From NCBI RefSeq assembly GCF_009914755.1, contig NC_060944.1: a stretch of 64,000 nucleotides of DNA; one strand, given 5' to 3'. Below are positions 55,791 through 64,000 of this stretch, in pieces; within the stretch, counting starts at the first letter, position 1; each line of letters starts with the position of its first letter. The DNA comes from the human T2T-CHM13v2.0 reference genome, Homo sapiens. The notes under the pieces are model-generated. The model saw only the letters and a program-made list of their open reading frames with translations, was not told the DNA's origin and made no database searches. Made by a program: the position numbers and the translations under genes.

Positions 55791-57396
55791 AAGAATAAGT
55801 AACAGCTTTACTTCCACACAGGTGTACCCACCTGTGAATCCCTTGGCGTTGAACGTCTGTTGGAGAGCTCACGTGTCCTTGCTGTGGTCCTTTCCATGTT
55901 GGGGAAAGCTGGTCAGCTGGAGAACTTCCTCCCACATCTTTAGTAAGACTAAATCCCTAGCTGAGCTGAAACTGAATTTTCCTCCCATGTGGGAGGGGAA
56001 GACTCTTGTATCCATATTCACAGAGTGTCTTCGCACTTGTCCTAGATTGATGACATATTTTTGTAATTGATGAGTCTTTTCATCTATTAGGAGATCTGTG
56101 CTTAGGAAAGGTCTTCCGAATGTTAACTCAACAGGATTTAATTATAAGTTTTACTTTGGAGCAGTTCAAACCCGCAGTAAGCTATGGGTGTTAGAGATAG
56201 TCAGGCGTCTGATTTAGCTAGAGTCTTCTTTAGAGTAGGATTAGCCCTTTCACCTTTCCAGAGGACTGCGGTCTGCATACAGAGTGAAGGTAATATTGGA
56301 TTCTTAAAGCTGAGGATAAGTGTTGGGATACACCTGCTGTGAAAGACGGGCCATTGCCACTTTGCAGGCTTTTGGATTACCCAAACTGAGGAGTTATTTC
56401 TTCTGGTAAACATTTTTCAGATGGGGTGGGGAATGCCTCGATCTAACCAATGAAGGTATCAATAAGAATTAGCAAATATTTGAATCTCCTGCAGAAAGGT
56501 ATCTGAGTAAATTAGAGTTGCCAGTTCTCACCTGGATAGGTTCCTCAACTTTGGACAGTTTTACCTGGAGAAGGAGAAAATTGCTAGCCTTTTGGGTCAT
56601 GTCAGGCACAGAGCTCACAGGGCTGAGTCACCTGTTTTGGTGTATTGAAAAGATTTACCCCTATAAACAAATGAGACATTAACGGAAACCAAGAATCCCT
56701 TCTAGGGTGAAAAGAATCATGAAAGTGCTGAATTATATTCCTATGGTTGGTATTTGGCATTAGTAATTTATTACTATCATTCAGCCAGCCAGAGGGACCC
56801 TGGACTGAAATGCAATCCCTGGCCCATTTTTGTTCTTCTTCAGAGTGTTCTGACTCAGTTCAATGTATGCTGACCAGCACACCCATAAGCTTCATTGGCC
56901 TTTTCAGTGCAGGGGCCTTGGCTGCGACATCTGCAAGGACATTTCCTTCTACATGGTCAGTCTCTCTTTTGAAGTCATCTGCAATTAATTATACTCACTT
57001 TTTGGCAGCAAAGCAGCATTCAAACAAGCTCAAAATCTGAATGATGTTGTATGGAAAAGCCCTTGGGGGTCAGGAGTCCCTACCCATTCCAAATTGCAGC
57101 ATAAGTATGAAGCACTAAAAAATCATACTTGGAATCAGTGTAAATGTTAACTTTTAAATCCTTTCCCAACTGCAGGGGCTGAGTAAGTTCAATTAACTCA
57201 GCTTTTTGTGCTGAGGTAGAGGCCAGCAAGACTTATGCCTTGATTCTCTTGTGCTGACTACTAATAGCATATCTACCACTCCTGTTTTCCTGATGTATAA
57301 AACAACATACATCTGTTAACCACTCTTCCTTGGGATGGTCAAGGGGCTCATCTCTCTTAAGTCTGGCCCGCTAGAATAAATGTGTTTCATAACCTG

Positions 57397-58030
57397 TGAC
57401 AGGCTTTGGCTGTGTCCCAGTCAAATCTTATCTTGAATTGTAGCTCACATAATTCCTATATATCGTGGGAGGGATCCAGTGGGAGGTAATCGAATCGGGG
57501 GATGGGTCTTTCCCATGCTGTCTTCGTGACAGTGAATAAGTCTCATGAGATCTGATGGTTTATTTATTTATTTATTTATTTATTTTTGAGACATAGTCTT
57601 GCTCTGTTGCTCAAGCTGGAGTGCATTATCAGGACCTTGGCTCACTGCAACTTTGACTCCTGGGTTCAAGCGATTCTCCTGTCTCAGCCTCCCGAGTAGC
57701 TGGGATTATAGGTGCCTACCACCAGCCTGTCTAATTTTTGTACTTTTAGTATAGACGGGGATTCACCATGTTGGCCAGGCTGGTCATCCACTGCCTTGGC
57801 CTCCCAAAGTGCTGGGATTACAGCTGATGGTTTTATAAAGGGGAGTTTCCCTACACAAGCCCTTTTGCCTGCTACCATGTAAGAGATGTGACTTTGCTCC
57901 TCATTTGCCTTCTGCCATGAGCGTGAGGCCTCTGACCATGTGGAACTGTGAGTCAATGAAACTTCTTTTCTTTGTAAATTATCCAGCCTCAGATATGTCT
58001 TTATTAGCAGCATGAAAACAGACTAATACA
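57397..58030 (+). mobile_element. THE1B-type solo LTR inserted in ERV pol
   Basis: TGA...TTTGGCTGTGTCCC start, GACTAATACA end; near-TSD ACCTG/ATCTG. Confidence 0.88.
57562..57823 (-). mobile_element. Truncated Alu inside THE1B
   Basis: TSD CTGATGGTTT at 57552-57561 and 57824-57833. Confidence 0.9.
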
Positions 58031-59958
58031 ATCTGTATGCCAGGAAGGCTAGAAGCACCTGGAGACTCTGGCCCATAAGTTGCTGGGTTTATGGTTTGGC
58101 AGCCTTTAAAGGTTATGTCGGCTATCCCAGAACCCTTCAGAGATGACTGTCCAGGTTAGTTTTGAGGCTGAATGGATATCTGGGTCAGTCCATTCAAAGG
58201 CAAACATATTATGAATCTGGATGCATTGAGATCCAGAAAAGTGCATCTTTCAGATTTAGGAATGTAAACCAGCTTACATTCCCTGGGACTTGGTAAGTAT
58301 TGGGGACAATGAGTTGTATGGAGACAACTGCATTCTTAATGCTCTAAGCGTTCTGACAAATCTGTACTTGCCATTAGGCTTTTTATCTGGTAACATGCGA
58401 GTATTGTAAGGAGACTCTCATGGCCTTAATAACTCATATGGCAAGAATTTGGCAATAAGGCATTGAATTTCCCCTCATGCTTCTCACCTTAAAATGTATT
58501 GTCTCTTCTGAGGGCGAGGAGCACTAGGCTGAAGTTGGATTTGAATGGGGGAGGTGTTTAGTGTGTTTCCCAGAGTCTGTGTTGCCCAAACCTCAAGATT
58601 TACTTGAGACAACACCTCAGGTGATAAATGTGACAGCTCATTCTTAACTTCTTTTTTCCCCTGAGGGGTCAGGAACAAAAGTAACACTTTCTATGCTTTA
58701 TGATCTGTGAAGGTGACCATGACTTGGTCTCCTGAGTCAACAAACCTCTCCCCAGTAAGAGGTCAGGCAATCAGACAATACTAAAAAGGCAGGCGAGAAA
58801 CCTAGAGGCTCTGGAGGACAACTTAGAAGATAGGAAAAGCAGTGATTTTGGGCTTGTCCATCATGAGAATACAGGAGCCCATTGTATTGAATCAGTACAG
58901 AGTAATCTGCTCCCATACCTAATATGAAGTTAATACTCCTACCTGCTACTTCAAGAGTCACCTGAGGCTCCTCCACCTCTCGATAGCTAATAGTCCAATG
59001 GGAGCGGAGGTAGGAAGTATCAGGCCCTCCCAGTTTTGAGTCTGCTGGGCTCTGATGATGGCTCCCTTGGAAGCACGGTGCATTTCCTTCGGCAGTGGCC
59101 GACCTTCCTACAGAAGGCACATTGATTTATATCCAAGGCACAGTGGCCCAGAGGCACAGACTGAGACTTTTACCTTCTCACTTCCTCTGTGAGAGCCAGG
59201 GGTTAAGGGGCTGCCTCTGAAGTGGTGGAGAGCACAAGGCTGCAGCTAGAAGCTGGGTCTCTTGGAAGATTTGCTTTATTTTATATTTGCTTGGCCCTAT
59301 TCCTGTGATGGAAAGCTGCAAAATCCAAGTCTAAAATCTGATCCATGGAGTCTGGCAGCCTAAGGCTGCTTTTGGTGGCTTTCTATAGATATCAGAAGCA
59401 GATCAGTCTATAAAATAAACTCCTAGCAATGCTTGTCCCTTCTTGGAGTCAGGGTCAGTGTTAGTGTATCTCCTCAAGGTCTAAATTATCCACCCTTGTA
59501 ATAAGGCTAGGTTTTCATCTTTTCCCTGAGTAATTTTCCAGACTTTATAAAAATTAAAAAGCTTTATCACACTTTTTTTTATTCCTTCAAGGAGTCAAAT
59601 GATCATAATTTTTTCTCTCTATATCCCACTTTCTTCCTAATTCATTTGTCTTTTCTAGATTCTAGTTCTTTTGGGTCCTAGTCAGGCACTGCTATGCCTC
59701 CTATTTGATAGGTGTCTTGTCCCTGGTTGCAGGCTGCCACCCTATTAGCATGTGCTCTAGTCACTTCCATAATGCACTGTGTTTCTACCATGCAGCAGGT
59801 AAACATAAATATATGCAAATCTTGCCTGGTCAGATCATACATCAAGGTTAGCCTCTTAAATTTTTCTATGAATTTTCCCGGAACTTCTGAAAAGTGTTTT
59901 AGTTTTTCCCTGCATATGGCTAATTCAGATGTAGAAAAGGGTACATATACCTATATAG

Positions 59959-60920
59959 CGTGGGGAAAAGAAAGAGGGATCAGACTGTTACTTTGTCTAT
60001 GTAGAAAGAAGTAGACATAAGACATTCCATTTTATTCTGTACTAAGAAAAATTCTTCTGCCTTGAGATACTGTTAATCTGTAACCCTACCCCCAACCCTG
60101 TGTTCACAGAAACATGTGCTGTGTCGACTCAAGGTTTAATGGATTTAGGGATATGCAGGATGTGCTTTGTTAAACAAATGCTTGAAGACAGCATGATTGT
60201 TAAAAGTCATCACCACTCCCTACTGTCAAGTACCCAGGGACACAAAACAGTGCGGAAGGCCAAAGGGACCTCTGCCTAGGAAAGCCAGGGATTGTCCAAG
60301 GTTTCTCCGCATGTGATATTCTGAAATATGGCCTCGTGGGAAGGGAAGGACCTGACCATCCCCCAGCCCGACACCTGTAAATGGTCTGTGCTGAGGAGGA
60401 TTAATAAAAGAGGAAGGCCTCTTTGCAGTTGATATAAGACAAACCCATCTGTCTCCTGCTCGTCCCTGGGCAATGGAATGTCTCAGTGTAAAACCCGATT
60501 GTATATTCCATCTACTGAGATAAGAGAAAACTGCCTTAGGGCTGGAGGTGAGACATGCTGGAGGCAATACTGCTCTTTAAGGCATTGAGATGTTTATGTA
60601 TATGCACATCAAAAGGACAGCACTTTTTTCTTTACCTTGTTTACGATGCAGAGGCACTTGCTCACATGTTTTCCTGCTGACACTCTCTCCACTATTACCC
60701 TATTGTCCTGCCACGTCCCTCTCTCCGAGAAATGCCCCATAATGATCAATAAGTACTAAGGAAACTCAGAGACTGGTGCCGCCGCGGGTCCTCCATATGG
60801 TAAGCGCCGATGCCCTGGGCCCACTTTTTCTCTATACTTTGTCTCTGAGACTCTTCACAAGTCTCTTGTTCCACCTGAGGAGAAACGCCCACAGGTGTGG
60901 AGGGACAGGCCACCCCTTCA
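59959..60920 (+). mobile_element. HERV-K(HML-2) solo LTR, LTR5B-like, inserted in ERV gag
   Basis: (C)GTGGGGAAAAG...CACCCCTTCA, 962 bp; TSD ATATAG at 59953-59958 and 60921-60926. Confidence 0.92.
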
Positions 60921-62279
60921 ATATAGTGTCCCTATTATCATCTGTCACTTCCCAGAGAGGGCAAACATTCAGCTTTGCTAGCTGATAAGAGGCCCCACTG
61001 CATGTTGTTCTGGTGAAGTTCGGGTGTTTCGAGAGTGGGGTGTGTACGTAAGACAGGACTCAAAGGGCAGGGAGAAGATGATGACTGGACACTAGATAAC
61101 CCTGGAAAACTAGAAGAAATTAATAACATGTTGCACACCTCACCAGAACTGGAAGGAGTCTCATTGTGTTCTTATGGGGTGCTTGGACTGGCAGGGGGAG
61201 TTCAGCCCCAGCTAAGAAAAGCCTAATATTAAGAGGTACTTGCATTAAAAGGGTAATCAATTACGTGTTGTCCCTATTTTGTCTTTTCCTCCATCAAACA
61301 TATAGAAGCCCATTTTAATTTTTTATCCTGACCAAGCATCAGAGAAGCCTGTATATAATGTATTTCCTCCCTCTTAGTTTCTCTTCTATGAAACAAATTA
61401 AGCTGCAAAATAGGAATCAGATCAAACAGGGGAAATGGGAAGGCTGTAGCTTGTATATTGTAATGTATTAGTCCACTTTCACACTGCTATGGCAAAACTG
61501 ACAAAACTCTCTCAGAAAAAAAATGACATGCTGGGTTTAGAAAGTAGGGTCCAGCTGCCCTATACCAGCTCATCAAAGATGCATTTATGGTTAAGAAATG
61601 AGAGAAAACTGTTAAGAAAAACCCTCATGTTCTCCATCTTGAGGGTAATTGTTTGCAGAGGGTTGTCATAGAAGAGGCTGCCACTAAACAGGCATATCTG
61701 ATCTTATCATGTAGAGCTCTTAAATACCACATTTCAACTTCTAGTCATAATGATGGCAAGGTTACTGCTGATCTTTCCTGATTGTTAAGGTAAAAAAATA
61801 CTAGGTTCCAAGACAATTCTTTTTTTCAGTGTCACTTGGACCAGTGGCAAATTAAACAAACAGTCAGTTAAGAGTCAGAGGATCGCAGAGGAAAGTAAAA
61901 GCTAAACTCTTTGGGGCCTCTGTCCTGGGGCAGCCTCCAGGCTACTACAAAACAGAGGTGGTGAGCAGAAAGGTGACAATATGTAGAGCACTCAGGTGAG
62001 GGACAGAGAGCACAAGGTGGACAGTCCAAAAAGAGAAAGTGGCAAATATCTTGTTTAGCCAAATCCATTCTTCTCAATATTCCCAGGGCCTCTAACCCTG
62101 TGGGCTTGGCCTCTAATTTGAGTATGATAATAGTGGATAATCATTCTTGCTCACCAGAATGGCTTCACGACTCTAAAAGACAGCCCACTTGCCAGGTGTC
62201 AGCTGATTGATTCTGTGTGGATTGTTTTCCTTGGAGTGAGGGTCTTGTCTTGGTGTCCGTTCATGGTGTTGCTGAAAGA

Positions 62280-62842
62280 TGTTGCTGGAAAAGAGGGTCC
62301 TGATACAGACCACAAAGTAGGATTCTTAGATCTTGTGCAGTAAAAAATTTGAGGTGAGTCAGAGAGCACAGTGAAAGAAGCAAGTTTATTAGAAATTACT
62401 CCATTACAGAGTTGGACATCCTCAGAAAACAAGAGGAGGAATGCATTGTCTTTTGTTAGTGTCTCTACTTATAAATAACTATAAAGAGAAAGAGTTATAA
62501 TTAAATTTGGAAGGTGCAGATGTAGTCACTAAAGTCGGGGCTATTGTTTTTAACAATAACCATTAACCTATTGACCTAAGCTACTTCATTAATAATATCC
62601 TTACAAAAAATGCTGCACTCCTAGGACATTTATACATTTTTCAGGCTTGGTGGAAGATGTCTTGTATGACCACAAATATTCTGCAATTGTAATTGGTGAC
62701 CAGGTAAAAAATGTGACTATTTTCAGACCATGAACATTAACCTTCTAGATGCCTTGTGAATACCTAGCTACTCATATTAAGATAGAATATTCTAGTCAAG
62801 TTTATTAAACTAGAAACTAGGTAACCTTGAGTTCCTCTAACA
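62280..62842 (-). mobile_element. ERV1 5' LTR (MER41-family-like)
   Basis: TGTTGCTGGAAAAGAGGGTCCTGAT...GCAAGTTTATT (minus-strand AATAAA)...CCTCTAACA; directly precedes the PBS-like sequence on the minus strand. Subfamily uncertain. Confidence 0.65.
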
Positions 62843-63059
62843 GAGCAAGTCTACTCCTCAAGGAGAAAATGTATTTCTCAGGAATTTTGTGCATTTTGTT
62901 TGATGGCATTTGGTATGTTTTCCAAAATGGCAGAAAAGAGTGAAATTAGTCCTCAAAGATTTCTCAAGATTAGATATAAAATAAACAAAATGATTATAGT
63001 TAATATGCAGGTTGGTACAGTTGATATTCAAAAGAAATTTTGTTTGAAACAAAATGAGA

Positions 63060-63393
63060 TTTTTATTTTTACTTATTTTTTGTTATTATTATTATTATTA
63101 TTAATCATTTTGAGGCAGACTCTTGCTCTGTTGCCCAGGCTGGAGTGCAGTGCACCAACTTGGCTCACTGAAACTTGCGCCTCCCGGGTTCAAGCAATTC
63201 TCCTGCCTCAGCCTCCCAAGTAGCTGGGATTACAGGCATGAATCACCACACCCAGCTAATATTTGTATCTTTAGTAGAGATGGGGTTTCACTCTGTTGGC
63301 CAGGCTGGTCTCAAACCCCTGACAACAAGCGATCTGCCCACCTTGGCCTCCCAAATTGCTAGGATTACAGGCATGAGCCACCACTCCCAGCCA
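63060..63393 (-). mobile_element. Alu, AluS-type
   Basis: Full dimer, (TTA)n tail, TSD AATGAG(A/G)TTTTT. Confidence 0.9.
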
Positions 63394-63719
63394 CAATGAG
63401 GTTTTTCAATAATTCTGATTTCCTGCTGTTGAGCAGGGAGCTGAGCAAATTCAACAGATCATGGGCCTGAACTAGGGGAAGACTGAGGACAAAGTCTAGA
63501 ACACATGTGATTAAATTAATTACAATGGAAACCAAATCAAATTGAATAATGCTCTACCTCTTAGTTTCAAGATGTTTCCCCTCATTTTGAAATGTGGTGT
63601 TATTCCATGGAAAAGAAAACTAATGTTCATCTCCAGAGTAAAGAATAGGGTTCTTTGCAGGGATTGATTGACTGAGAACTATGGCTCAGGATTAAAAATC
63701 CTTCTTTTTTCCATTTATA

Positions 63720-64000
63720 GAATAAAAAAAAAATTTCTAAACCCCTGTTGACTAAATGGACCTCTCTTCTTGGATAAGCAAATTCCAAAGTTAACCTGAA
63801 AAGCTAGTTCAAGCCATGGTTCACACATGCCTCATTATACTCTCCTCCCTTTGGTTTTAATTTTAATTTAAATTTCAATTTTTAATTTATTTTTGTGGGT
63901 ACATAGTTGTTGTATATATTTATGGGGGTACATAACATACTTTGATGCAGTCATGCAATGAGTAATACATAATAAAAAACGGGGTATCTGTCCCCTCAAG
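63720..64000. mobile_element. MER4-group LTR 5' fragment interrupted by an L1MA 3' end (minus)
   Basis: TTCCAAAGTTAACCTGAAAAGCTAGTTC...ACATGCCTCATTATAC, then TTTTTGTGGGTACATAG...GGGGTATCTGTCCCCTCAAG. Confidence 0.55.

Larger units (their letters stand above)
55791..62279 (-). mobile_element. Degraded ERV1 (HERV-W/HERV9-supergroup-like) internal region: leader, gag, pro, pol; no env or 3' LTR
   Basis: Minus-strand remnants: gag ILQLNLF (about 61400) and TQGKDENLA (about 59520); protease EPQVTLEVAGRSINFILGMGADYSVL; RT ESPYNT...KPNGKYRFV; RNase H SAQKAELI...NIYTDSKY...GNVLADVAAK; integrase KYLLILIDTF...QSGNGPSF...RPQSSGKV and WKGP...WVH at about 55810-55900. PBS-like sequence at 62255-62279. 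Confidence 0.88.

Noticed and set aside
55159-56070. 303-aa plus-strand ORF
   Set aside because: Runs through an L1 remnant, a (TA)n tract and the antisense of tubulin exon 1 and integrase; a chance frame.
56048-56100. Box C/D snoRNA (two TGATGA motifs)
   Set aside because: No CTGA D box or terminal stem; the region is explained as antisense integrase sequence.

Overview
Primate (human-like) heterochromatin-type segmental-duplication mosaic with no intact protein-coding gene; the exact chromosomal locus cannot be fixed without a search. Family calls rest on recalled consensus sequences, not on database runs. Layout: (1) 1-13.7 kb is a degraded 45S rDNA intergenic spacer (IGS) copy read antisense to rRNA transcription. 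It holds GA/CT-rich repeats, Alus and a CDC27 retrocopy whose 12-bp target-site duplication (TSD) encloses spliced exons, about 1.7 kb of intron-like sequence and a poly(A) tail. (2) An Alu junction leads into Tigger1, which is interrupted by an LTR5A-like solo LTR and an Alu. (3) A homeodomain-less DUX4-like/D4Z4 fragment is fused to an inverted 5S rDNA spacer lacking the 5S gene. (4) 21-55 kb is a transposon field with a full-length L1PA4-like element, nested MST/L1/Alu insertions, MaLR LTRs, a minisatellite, an isolated 1.5-mer of beta satellite and an internally deleted L1PA8-like element. (5) An orphan TUBB8/TUBB4Q-type beta-tubulin exon 1, missed by the ORF track, is joined to the 3' end of the integrase of a same-strand ERV1 provirus (LTR-PBS-gag-pro-pol) that carries THE1B, Alu and LTR5B insertions. 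No novel functional system is demonstrable from sequence alone. The best leads are the ERV::TUBB8-type fusion, the fossil intronic-polyadenylation CDC27 isoform, the IGS-restricted Alu TAATCC>TCATCC variant and the D4Z4::5S-spacer junction.
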